A stretch of DNA of 64,000 nt from Candidatus Woesebacteria bacterium (GCA_018062625.1 JAGORV010000005.1:86-64085), one strand, 5' to 3'; positions 10,186 to 19,014 are shown, counted from the first letter of the stretch. A program made the numbers and translations. Notes: generated by a model from the letters alone, not told the origin.

Positions 10186-11628
10186 TTACGAAATGCCAAG
10201 AAAAATGGCACCATTGGTAATAAGGGACACACCGACAGCTGCGCCATCGGCTTTTTGTGTCTTGGCGTACTTCGCCATACCTTTGAGCGCAAGATCAAAG
10301 AACGTTCGTCCAGTGTTAATCTGGCTTTCATCGAAGTTCTTAAAGCGCTCCTCGGCAAGTTCGCCGATGAGACCCATAATGGCACCAGCCACGAACAATG
10401 CGATGTATGCTTGCCAGCCAAGCCAATAACGTGCCAACGCATAAGCAACAACTGTGATGAACATGAAGGAAAGATTCTCCATGGTCTCTTGCATTTGATG
10501 CCCTTTGATGCGCTGTGCCACTTGCATGACTTCAAGCACAAGATGTGCATCACCGATGAGCCACAAAGTCTTGAACAGTACCAGCTCGTCTGCGACGACG
10601 TCCGGTCCGAGTAGCCCGCGCCAATGGAAAAAGTACACGCCAGCCGCCGCCAGCTTCCAAAACACCGCCATGATGGTCAAGTCAGGCGTATTGGAGATGG
10701 CAAACGCGTATGCGACCAACAGCAACCCACCACTGAGCAAGCCGCGCCAGAAATCGCTGGTGATTTGCGGTGCAAAGACCCATGCGACGAGAGCCAGTGC
10801 GGCAAAGACGATGTCGGGTATCTGGTCATTCTTGATGCGATTCATGACCCCGAGGAATGTGAAAATCAAACATCCCACGATAATCATGCTGGTTGCGTCG
10901 GTGGTGCGAGCGATGAGCGTCTGTTGCGCCACTTGAGACTGACCGTTCGCGATGAAATAACCTACCATAGCGATGATAAGCGTGGCGAGAACGATGAGCA
11001 TGGATTTGGTGTTGCTGACGGGTTTTGCTTTCTTTACGTCTGCATCCATAAGCACCTTGAATTGATCATCTTGTGGCTCAATAAGAATAACTTGAGTCTT
11101 AAAATGCGGTGCGCTCACTTCCAGACGTGTAGGCTTCGAGAAAAACGGAATCGTTGCTTCACCGTCTTCTGTCAGGTACACCTCATCATCACCGACGACA
11201 CGAATAACTGCACCGTGAATCGGTTTAAGATCGCGCGTCTTTACGATAATAAGGTGCCCTTCCACATCATGTCCGCCACCGTGCGTATCTCCAAGAGGAG
11301 CCGCGACAGGCTGATCTCCATGAGGAGCAGCGACAGGCTGATCTCCATGATGAGCCGTTGTGGCGGGCACTGGTGCGATTTCGATCGTAGCGCGCAGGGT
11401 ATCCGTGGTATGGTCTGCCGGAATGGTCAAATCCTTCTTGATGGACTTACCGTTCACCAACAACTCCACAGTCTTACCTGCCAAATCCTTTCCAGGAAAT
11501 GTCGCTACCCCGTTCGGATAACTGGTCTGAGCCGTTTGCAAAATTCCAGGACCAACCAGTTTCACTTCAGCACGAACGAGTGGAGCGCCGTGGTTCGTGA
11601 TTGTAAAAACAATTGTTTTTATGTTCAT
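10186..11628 (-). CDS. membrane protein: two beta-sandwich-like N-terminal modules, a His-rich repeat, and a C-terminal domain of about 7 TM helices
   Basis: Start set at ATG 11628, preceded by AAAGGAGAA. The N-terminus MNIKTIVFTITNHG...VKLVGPG looks carboxypeptidase-regulatory-like. The C-terminal half is hydrophobic. Confidence 0.6.
   Translation of the reverse strand: MNIKTIVFTITNHGAPLVRAEVKLVGPGILQTAQTSYPNGVATFPGKDLAGKTVELLVNGKSIKKDLTIPADHTTDTLRATIEIAPVPATTAHHGDQPVAAPHGDQPVAAPLGDTHGGGHDVEGHLIIVKTRDLKPIHGAVIRVVGDDEVYLTEDGEATIPFFSKPTRLEVSAPHFKTQVILIEPQDDQFKVLMDADVKKAKPVSNTKSMLIVLATLIIAMVGYFIANGQSQVAQQTLIARTTDATSMIIVGCLIFTFLGVMNRIKNDQIPDIVFAALALVAWVFAPQITSDFWRGLLSGGLLLVAYAFAISNTPDLTIMAVFWKLAAAGVYFFHWRGLLGPDVVADELVLFKTLWLIGDAHLVLEVMQVAQRIKGHQMQETMENLSFMFITVVAYALARYWLGWQAYIALFVAGAIMGLIGELAEERFKNFDESQINTGRTFFDLALKGMAKYAKTQKADGAAVGVSLITNGAIFLGIS
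11295..11355. repeat. 27-bp tandem duplication inside a CDS
   Basis: gcgacaggctgatctccatga occurs at 11303 and again at 11330 (period 27). It encodes HGDQPVAAPHGDQPVAAP. Confidence 0.85.
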
Positions 11629-11639
11629 GGGGTTCTCCT

Positions 11640-12272
11640 TTATTCCCATTCAACTTTGACGTCAGAATCGCCTGATTTGCGACCACGACCTGACACAACC
11701 ATTGCAACCTTCGGACCTTCTGCCTCAGTCTTTGCGTTACCGTTCTGGTCCACAGTTGACGTAAACTTGCCACCACTGACGCGAAGCCCAAAACCTCCGC
11801 CCATGGCGAAAAATCCGAACACGCCAGCATAGAAGGCAATTTTCTGAACAAGCGCTCCGCCGCCGGGGATGTTGTAAATCATGATCCCACCGACGACCAC
11901 AACGATGCCAGCGATGATCAAGCTCGTATTGAACGAATACTTGTACGCCTCTGGGCTTGTGGGACGGCTAAACAACGTCAGCACCTGCATCAGAAAAATG
12001 ATGACAATAACCAGTCCTCCGAGTGTGGTCATTGCCGCGGCAACCAACAACGTGGGACCAAAGGTCTCCATGCCGTAAAGGATGCCAATCGTAATGATGA
12101 GCGTCTTGCCCCAGTCAGGCAGTTTGTCCATGACTTGCTGTGCTTGCAGTGCTTCGAGTTGACTCTGCTCGGCCTTTGCCGCATTGCGTGCATCAATAGC
12201 GTTGCCAATGCCATTAACTGCAAAAACGCCCACAACAATAAGCACGAACGCGATAAACAGTATCTTTTTCAT
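11640..12272 (-). CDS. polytopic membrane protein ending in KVEWE
   Basis: Start at ATG 12272 (MKKILFIAFVLIV), which overlaps the upstream stop by 4 nt. Tail is MVVSGRGRKSGDSDVKVEWE. Confidence 0.6.
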   Translation of the reverse strand: MKKILFIAFVLIVVGVFAVNGIGNAIDARNAAKAEQSQLEALQAQQVMDKLPDWGKTLIITIGILYGMETFGPTLLVAAAMTTLGGLVIVIIFLMQVLTLFSRPTSPEAYKYSFNTSLIIAGIVVVVGGIMIYNIPGGGALVQKIAFYAGVFGFFAMGGGFGLRVSGGKFTSTVDQNGNAKTEAEGPKVAMVVSGRGRKSGDSDVKVEWE

Positions 12273-12646
12273 GATTTTCGTCTGCTCCCAATTGCACTTC
12301 CTGCCGCGCCAAATAACCAATTCAGCAGGATTAAAATCAACAGGATCCCCATACCCTTCATTCCGAATTTGACCCCGTACGGATCGCCCGGATCATAGTT
12401 GGGTGTGGTGTCCTGCCGAGTCCATTCGCCAGATGTATCTGAGACGACTGGAGCGGTTGTAGCGGTCGGTGTGGCGGTTTCAACTTGTGACAGCTGGGTA
12501 CCATCTTGCGTGGCAAGAATGGTCGGCAAAACCACATGGGTGGCCGAACTGGTACCTTGCATGCCATTGATGACGTAATATCCGATGGCGAGAGCGATCA
12601 ACACTACCGCCCATTTGACGATTTCTCGTCGAGTTTTTTCTTTCAT
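12269..12646 (-). CDS. small two-TM membrane protein
   Basis: 125 aa, preceded by AAAGGAGAACACC. Thr/Pro-rich middle and a hydrophobic C-terminus. Confidence 0.55.
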   Translation of the reverse strand: MKEKTRREIVKWAVVLIALAIGYYVINGMQGTSSATHVVLPTILATQDGTQLSQVETATPTATTAPVVSDTSGEWTRQDTTPNYDPGDPYGVKFGMKGMGILLILILLNWLFGAAGSAIGSRRKS

Positions 12647-12824
12647 GGTGTTCTCCTTTGTTTTCTTTCTGATAGATAGAACAGATTGGTTGGAAGTAGG
12701 TATCTACAATTCCCCATCGATACAGTAAATACGGTACGATTATTTGTTCAGTTTCTTTTCAATTTCTTATATGCATTCTCCTTTTTCTTCGATATGAATG
12801 AATGTGGGAATAAATTACTTCGAT

Positions 12825-12879
12825 GTAACAGCTATGTCCTCAGTGAGAACTGTATTCTCACCAAAAACATAGCTGTTAC
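12825..12879. other. 55-nt nested hairpin (13 bp + 7 bp)
   Basis: GTAACAGCTATGT..GTGAGAA ctgta TTCTCAC..ACATAGCTGTTAC, with symmetric 5-nt internal loops and no flanking U-run. Confidence 0.6.
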
Positions 12880-13170
12880 GACCAATCTATAAAAACATAG
12901 GATTCCATGAAAGCACCACGATCACATCTTCAAGTCCAATTTCTTGGCTCTCAATGTATATATAAACAATCAGGATGTTAATGTGCCCGCCTGTGCCGAA
13001 CATTAAACAAAATATTGTCTAACCTCGATCACAAACGAAACCTAACATAAATACTTTGACATCTCGGAACTTCCTGCTCGAAAGCAGTCTCCAATCGATA
13101 CCAAAGCTACAACTAAACAACATGCTTAGCTGTTTTGAACCCCGAACCTTTTTCGGGACTCGAAACAACA

Positions 13171-13229
13171 GGTCACACAGAGAAACGCCAAAAGGCGAGT
13201 GCCGATAAAGGCGAATTCTCTGTGTGACC
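13171..13229 (-). terminator. 14-bp stem enclosing two mini-hairpins, downstream of the 13255 stop
   Basis: GGTCACACAGAGAA...TTCTCTGTGTGACC with inner CGCC-AAAA-GGCG and GCC-GATAAA-GGC. On the minus strand it is followed by TGTTGTTT and a second hairpin at 13141-13157. Confidence 0.5.
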
Positions 13230-13254
13230 GTAGGTCAAGTTGAACGAAAGAAAC

Positions 13255-14157
13255 TTACTTATCTTTTTTAACCCCTTCCCATGTTACGGAAGCGCCAGCT
13301 TGTGAACCATCTTTAGCCACCGACTCACCTTTTTCAAGGTGTCGCATTTTTGTTGGTACAGACCTTGCTGGAGTACGTGTGCGAGCAGGACCTGTTCCTC
13401 TCCACCTTTCAGCAAAATCGCCAAGAGCGCCGAGCTGCATAGCCGTACCTTTGTTCCATCCTTCGAGGACGGTTGCAAGCAATTGACGGGCTTGATCGCG
13501 AGAACTGGCATCGCTGATGGCGTGACTCATGGCGACATGAGCTCCGACATAGTCAGACAACTTCAGCTGATGCGCAACACCGTTCGGATCAATGTGCACC
13601 ATCTGTGTACCGTATGCACGGACGTCTACCACGATGAACTGATCAGCTTGATTCGCATGATTTGGATCCCCAGGGATGCGCGCGACGATTAGACCATCCT
13701 TTTCACGGATGTCTGGCGCAATTTCTTCCTTCGGAATCTTCACACGATAGTGCCAATACAGCTGATATAACCCCCAAACTACAGCATACAGAATCGCGAT
13801 GACGACAACAGCCCAAAGCGCTGTGATAAACACATTGCTCCGTGCATTATCTTCATTTTGCTGGTTGGCAATCTGCTCAGGCGAAAGTGTTGGCGTAGGA
13901 ACAGGAGCATTTGCCGCAAGCATTTGTTCGTACTGCTTCTGGGCGTTTTCCAATTCCAACTTTTTTGCATCAGCAACACCCTGACAAAACTCCGCACTGC
14001 CGATGCACACATCTGCATTCACGCTGCCGGACGGTTGTGCCGTGGCTTCGAATGCAATTCCCTGAGGGGCTTGTTGAGCCGACTGGGAATTCCAATACTG
14101 ATATCCAAAAAATCCCGAAGCTAACAGGACTAATAGGATGATGATTTTCGCTTTCAT
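13255..14157 (-). CDS. bitopic membrane protein (signal/TM, second TM, cytoplasmic tail)
   Basis: 300 aa with AAAAGGAGAAG SD. The tail contains RWRGTGPARTRT and ends SVTWEGVKKDK. Confidence 0.55.
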   Translation of the reverse strand: MKAKIIILLVLLASGFFGYQYWNSQSAQQAPQGIAFEATAQPSGSVNADVCIGSAEFCQGVADAKKLELENAQKQYEQMLAANAPVPTPTLSPEQIANQQNEDNARSNVFITALWAVVVIAILYAVVWGLYQLYWHYRVKIPKEEIAPDIREKDGLIVARIPGDPNHANQADQFIVVDVRAYGTQMVHIDPNGVAHQLKLSDYVGAHVAMSHAISDASSRDQARQLLATVLEGWNKGTAMQLGALGDFAERWRGTGPARTRTPARSVPTKMRHLEKGESVAKDGSQAGASVTWEGVKKDK

Positions 14158-14172
14158 GAATTCTTCTCCTTT

Positions 14173-15036
14173 TTATCTAGTAGACGCTTTTTCGATAGCA
14201 TCTTTAATTTTTTGATGCAGAATGAAATCTAGATCTGCGACAATTTTTGCGAACTGCTCAACTGAATGAACCCCCGCTAGGTCTCGTCTGTGTGTCCTAC
14301 GAAACTCCAGAAGCGCTTCAGCCAATCCCTTGTCATGCGCTCCGAGAAGCTTAATGAAACCCATAACCGGATCGGTTGATTCCGCAGACGGTCTTGCAAG
14401 ACCCGCCCCCGATGACGCACTTGCAGTCAGTTGACGAGGCTGAGGTTGTAGCTTTTTGCGTTCTTGGGCTTGTTTCCATTTCCGATACTCATTACTAAGC
14501 ACCAGAATTATGAAAAATCCCGCTATAACAGCAAAAGCTATCACGATCACCTTTATTGCAAGATTTTGTGGTTTATTCCATGGAGTTCCACAAATCTTTT
14601 GAACAGGTACATCGTTAACGACAGTCCATATATCCATGCCCGGATACCCCCATTCACCCGAACATTCAGGTTGAAATTCCGACCGAAAAACTACTTGCCC
14701 TATCTTATTATCCACCACATAAAATCCATTAAATGGCGGTATAGGAGTAGCGGTCGCAGTTGGTGGGATCGGCGTAATCGTCGCGGTCGTTGTCGGCGTC
14801 GGTGACGGTGTAAACGTCGCTGTCGGCGTAAACGTACCGATTTTCTGTTGCACTGCCGTCAAATTATCTTCCGACTCCGCAGTTGCCAACCACGATTCGT
14901 ACGGAATGTTCGATGTTGACCCGTCAGGATTAGTGACAGTTACCGGCCCGCAACCTGCGAGTATTACAGCGGTGAGCGCCAAAAGGATCAAGGTCCAACG
15001 ACGCTTAAAACGGGTTTTTGTCGCGAAATGCCACAT
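14173..15036 (-). CDS. putative lipoprotein with a second TM helix and cytoplasmic tail
   Basis: LILLALTAVILAGC lipobox, Thr/Pro linker, TM helix IKVIVIAFAVIAGFFIILVL, and AAAGGAGG SD. Confidence 0.55.
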   Translation of the reverse strand: MWHFATKTRFKRRWTLILLALTAVILAGCGPVTVTNPDGSTSNIPYESWLATAESEDNLTAVQQKIGTFTPTATFTPSPTPTTTATITPIPPTATATPIPPFNGFYVVDNKIGQVVFRSEFQPECSGEWGYPGMDIWTVVNDVPVQKICGTPWNKPQNLAIKVIVIAFAVIAGFFIILVLSNEYRKWKQAQERKKLQPQPRQLTASASSGAGLARPSAESTDPVMGFIKLLGAHDKGLAEALLEFRRTHRRDLAGVHSVEQFAKIVADLDFILHQKIKDAIEKASTR

Positions 15037-15187
15037 TTGGCACCTCCTTTCTGTATGCGACTAGATGAAGATCAACACGGCGAATCCGTGGAGATCAGAT
15101 AAAAACAGACTCGACTATACGATAGCCGGTCTGATAAAGGATAAAAGTCGATCACCACTGGTGATCGACTGGTAAAAAGTGCAGGAG

Positions 15188-15397
15188 TTATTCCTCGAAT
15201 TCGATTTCCTCCTCTTTTTCATCGTCAAGCAACTGAAGCAATTCATTTGTACGAGGTCGATGTCTCGCTCCCGTCCTATGCTTCTTGCCTTGAGCCGCAA
15301 CCTTTTTGGGTCGTTTAACGGTGGAAACTTTCTCACCTTCGGTCTCAAAGACTACTTCGACGACACCTTCTTCCTTCTTCTTACCTTTCTTAGCCAT
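15188..15397 (-). CDS. small highly charged protein (69 aa)
   Basis: Start at ATG 15397 (MAKKGKKKEEG) after GAAGGAG. Ends with the acidic run DDEKEEEIEFEE. Confidence 0.4.
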   Translation of the reverse strand: MAKKGKKKEEGVVEVVFETEGEKVSTVKRPKKVAAQGKKHRTGARHRPRTNELLQLLDDEKEEEIEFEE

Positions 15398-16226
15398 GAT
15401 GAATTCGGCTCCTTCAATGTTGGATTCCAACAGACTACTCTACTTTAGAGTGCCTGAATTGGTTTTTGTAGCCCAATGTCAACGTGTGACACGGGAATAA
15501 CTTATTTGTTGTGTAACAAAAAACATTTCATACACAAACATGGGATTGTCTTTCAAGACTTTTCTTATTCCCCTAAGTCGATATCGATATAACATACAAT
15601 CGATGATTAATTTTCTTACTTTTCCCTCTATAGAACTCAGATCAAGAAAGAATATGCTTCTTTCTTCAAGTGAGTCCTATAGTGAGCTCCAAAAAAATCC
15701 ACAGTCGATACAGAAAAACTCGTTTCACCGCATGCATTTCCATTGCAGCGAAAAAAATCTCTTATTTTTTTCTTTCGTTCACTTGTTAATGTGCAATTCT
15801 ATGCAAATAAAAGTAACGGGCTTTCCGTTAGCATTTGCGTAGATTTTCAAAATTACTATTCGTCCATTACAGCGCATTGCCACAAGGACAAATAACTAGC
15901 GTTTTACGGCCAGTGCTGCGGGTTTCCTGCCTGAAAGCCCGCACCACCAATCGTAAACTTTTATACTCCCCAACCACGACAAAACCCCCTAAAATGGGGT
16001 ATTTTATCGCCGGCAGGACAGTACGGCGTCATATTTACTTACCATAAAAAGCATGTTCTTGGGCATGTACTATTGAGGCTATTTAGCCTCAAGTTTCTAC
16101 GCACAAAAACTAACCTTTCTTATCCACATTTCTCAAACTAGGCTATAAGCCCATAATGAGAAGTGGAACATATCCTATAGCATATTTTGGGAGTAAATGC
16201 AAATATTTCATGATATACTTGGTGTC

Positions 16227-18461
16227 ATGCAAGTTTCGCAAACCTCTCGTTTTTTCCAAGCAATCATCAAATATAGTTTTTATCTGCTGTTTATTTTGGT
16301 CCCACTTCTGCTCACTCCATGGAACTATGAACTCTTCGAATACAACAAAATGATGGCAGTTTATCTCCTCACCGCTGTTATTTGCACTGCATGGATGGCA
16401 AAAATGCTAACCGAAAAACAAATTCGGGTGAGACGAACCATTTTAGACCTACCGATTCTCCTTTTTGCCAGCTCGCAACTGGTCAGCACACTCTTCTCGA
16501 TCGACCCACACGTATCGTGGCTAGGGTATTACAGTAGATTTAATGGTGGCATGTGGTCGATCATCAGCTACACACTACTCTATTTTGCATTTACGACCAA
16601 CGCAGAGCTTTTTGTGCCTAAATTATCCGAGGTCAAACCCACCAAAACCAAACAACCACCCAGCACATCAGCCTCGTTCTCACTCCCACCACTGATTTTG
16701 GCAGGAATTATATCCGCATCCTTTGTAGCCATCTACGGAGTACTCGAACGACTTGGTATCGACAAGGACATATGGGTACAAGATGTACAAAATCGAGTCT
16801 TCTCTACCCTAGGTCAACCCAACTGGCTAGCTGCCTATATTGTAGCCATGATTCCTACGGCACTTGTCATGACGATGTTAAGTAAAAAAACATGGTCGTT
16901 GGCCAAAGCTCTGTGGGGAATGATATCTATATTGTTATTTTGCGTATTGCTGTTTACCCGATCCAGATCAGGAATATTTGGTTTAGCAGTAGCTGATTTA
17001 GTTTGGTGTGCTTTAACACTCTTTCCTGTATGGAAAAATAGCGTTGAAAGAAATGCAAAGTTGCTACCCATCATCGTGCTCCATGGTATTTTTGCCATCA
17101 TTGTATTTGTAAACGGTACAGGAACGCCTGCTCTAGACAAATATGTCACATTCAGAGGTTTGCAAACTATGGTCGCCCCACTTCGCTCAGGGAGCTTCGA
17201 GGGGCAGCAGGCCAAAGCGCCTACTGGTCCAGCGCTTGAGGTTGGAGGCACAGAATCAGCGGTCATCAGAAAATTCGTATGGCAAGGAGCAATATCCGCA
17301 TGGCGCAGTTCTACCAAGACCTTACTTATCGGCACAGGTACAGAAACATTTGCCTTTGCGTTCTATCAACACAGGCCAGAAGGACATAATCTCACCAGTG
17401 AATGGGACTTCCTTTATAACAAAGCACACAATGAATATCTCAATTTCTTGGCAACAACTGGAATTTTTGGTCTTGGGTCATACGTACTGTTTATCGGGAC
17501 CTTTATATGGTGGTACCTCACACGCGTTTTTCATGCAGTCAGAAAAAATACTCACGATCAGGACACGCTTTCGTTCACCAATGCAATATTTGCCGGCTGG
17601 GTATCTCTGCTGGTTACCAACTTTTTTGGATTCTCTGTCGTCATCGGTCAAATCTTTTTCTTCCTGTTCCCTGCCTTATGCATACTATTGGTGGAATCAC
17701 GAGAACATACGAAAGAGCTAAACGTGAAGCTCAACGACACACCGGCATTTCTGACATTTCTCCCTGTGACCTTTCAGACTAAATCACTCACCGTCGCTCG
17801 CGCAATCGTAGTGCTTGTCGGTATCACAGGAATGGTAATGGTCTGCGTATATTGGTACGCAGACGTTTTGTATGCACAAGGGTATCATCTGGGTAGATCT
17901 GGTAGTGGTGCGTCTGCTGTTCAATACATATCCCAAGCGATCGCCCTCAATCCCCGTGAGCCACTCTATCACGACGAACTTTCTGGAAACTATGCCGCGC
18001 TTTCCCTTGCTGCTTACCAAAACAAGCAAGCCACTGAAGCAGCTCAGCTTTCACAACTTGCACTCACAGAGAGCAACAAAGCACTTTCTACAGCCCCTAA
18101 AAATGTGAACTTTTGGAAAACCCGAACAAAAATATTTTATACATTATCCAGTATCGATCCAGCGCTGAACGATTCCGCAGTAGAAGCGCTCAAGCAAGCA
18201 TCCCTGCTCTCGCCAAACGATCCCAAAATTTACTACAACTTGGCAATTTTGACCGGACGCTCAGGTAATACTGACACAGCGGTTGCGTACCTCCTCAAGG
18301 CAAAAGAGTTGAAAAAAAACTATCGTGATGTATACTTCGCTCTCTACGTCTTCTATACAGAGATGAAAAAATTCGTAGAAGCAAAAGCAATTTTGTTAGA
18401 CTATGTCACCAATATTGATGCCCAAGATAAAGATTTTCAAGATCGCATAAGCAAATTTTAA
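16227..18461 (+). CDS. O-antigen-ligase-like (Wzy_C) polytopic membrane protein with C-terminal TPR repeats
   Basis: KAHNEYLNFLATTGIFGLGSYV matches the Wzy_C signature and the C-terminal ~230 aa are TPR-like. Start chosen at ATG 16227, 7 nt after TGATATACT. Confidence 0.75.
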   Translation: MQVSQTSRFFQAIIKYSFYLLFILVPLLLTPWNYELFEYNKMMAVYLLTAVICTAWMAKMLTEKQIRVRRTILDLPILLFASSQLVSTLFSIDPHVSWLGYYSRFNGGMWSIISYTLLYFAFTTNAELFVPKLSEVKPTKTKQPPSTSASFSLPPLILAGIISASFVAIYGVLERLGIDKDIWVQDVQNRVFSTLGQPNWLAAYIVAMIPTALVMTMLSKKTWSLAKALWGMISILLFCVLLFTRSRSGIFGLAVADLVWCALTLFPVWKNSVERNAKLLPIIVLHGIFAIIVFVNGTGTPALDKYVTFRGLQTMVAPLRSGSFEGQQAKAPTGPALEVGGTESAVIRKFVWQGAISAWRSSTKTLLIGTGTETFAFAFYQHRPEGHNLTSEWDFLYNKAHNEYLNFLATTGIFGLGSYVLFIGTFIWWYLTRVFHAVRKNTHDQDTLSFTNAIFAGWVSLLVTNFFGFSVVIGQIFFFLFPALCILLVESREHTKELNVKLNDTPAFLTFLPVTFQTKSLTVARAIVVLVGITGMVMVCVYWYADVLYAQGYHLGRSGSGASAVQYISQAIALNPREPLYHDELSGNYAALSLAAYQNKQATEAAQLSQLALTESNKALSTAPKNVNFWKTRTKIFYTLSSIDPALNDSAVEALKQASLLSPNDPKIYYNLAILTGRSGNTDTAVAYLLKAKELKKNYRDVYFALYVFYTEMKKFVEAKAILLDYVTNIDAQDKDFQDRISKF

Positions 18462-18465
18462 TATC

Positions 18466-19011
18466 ATGAAACGCGCCATCGTCTCGGTACCACATCCAGT
18501 TCTCTCTACCCCAGCAAAACGCATAACGACTTTCGACAAGAAGCTTCACGATCTTGTCGCTGTCATGACAGACACACTCCTTGTCACAGTAAATCCCAAA
18601 GGCGTAGGGCTTGCCGCTACACAAATCGGCGTCGGGTCACAGGTTTTTATCACCAAGCCAAATGCCCAATCCGCTGTACGGGTATTTATAAATCCCATCA
18701 TCTTGGATCGCGATCCAAGTGTCACTGATGGCGTACCTGAGCGTGGCAATAAACTCGAAGGCTGTCTTTCTATCCCCAATGTCTGGGGAAAAGTAAAACG
18801 CACCACAAAACTAAAACTCCAATACCAAGATGAAACCGGTGAAATTCATGTAGAAGAATTTTCTGGATTTCTCGCCACCATTATCCAGCATGAAACGGAT
18901 CATATAAATGGGATATTATTTACCCAACGGGTACTAGAACAAAAAGGGAAACTTTATCAGGTCGGAAAAGATGATGAAGGCAAAGAAGAGTTACAAGAAC
19001 TCACTATATAA
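18466..19011 (+). CDS. def: peptide deformylase
   Basis: GVGLAATQIG, EGCLSIP and HETDHINGILF motifs. Confidence 0.95.
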   Translation: MKRAIVSVPHPVLSTPAKRITTFDKKLHDLVAVMTDTLLVTVNPKGVGLAATQIGVGSQVFITKPNAQSAVRVFINPIILDRDPSVTDGVPERGNKLEGCLSIPNVWGKVKRTTKLKLQYQDETGEIHVEEFSGFLATIIQHETDHINGILFTQRVLEQKGKLYQVGKDDEGKEELQELTI

Positions 19012-19014
19012 TTC

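Noticed and set aside
10624-11832. 402-aa plus-strand ORF, and similar long antisense ORFs at 7030-7704, 25786-26310, 30366-30953, 53180-53764 and 58938-59471.
   Set aside because: Each lies entirely antisense to a gene with strong motif support (or, for 10624-11832, spans a gene boundary). Their translations are low-complexity Ser/Arg/Pro-rich, typical of shadow frames, and none has start-site signals.
9000-15400. Elevated GC content as evidence that the ORFan block was horizontally acquired.
   Set aside because: Hand counts of 100-nt samples gave about 50-55% GC inside the block. However, mreB gave about 54% and rplK about 48%, while 31-45% was found in the 40-44 kb region. Composition is heterogeneous window-wide, so GC alone does not single out this block. 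Proper k-mer statistics are needed.
15895-15950. Possible SRP RNA domain IV (minus strand reads CAGGCAGGAAACCCGCAGCA, reminiscent of CAGGUCCGGAAGGAAGCAGC).
   Set aside because: The bases flanking the putative GGAA loop cannot form the required closing helix, and the symmetric and asymmetric loop pattern is missing. The similarity is superficial.
16197-16226. Upstream start (16197) for the O-antigen-ligase-like gene, and other track starts at 2787, 6392, 8621, 12320, 15430, 20923, 24657, 28285, 35778, 44035, 45070, 45377, 48168, 52640, 55240 and 56102.
   Set aside because: These maximal ORFs overlap neighbouring genes or promoters. Internal ATGs with an SD or a -10 box at 6-9 nt, and with sensible N-termini (signal peptides, conserved family starts), were preferred.
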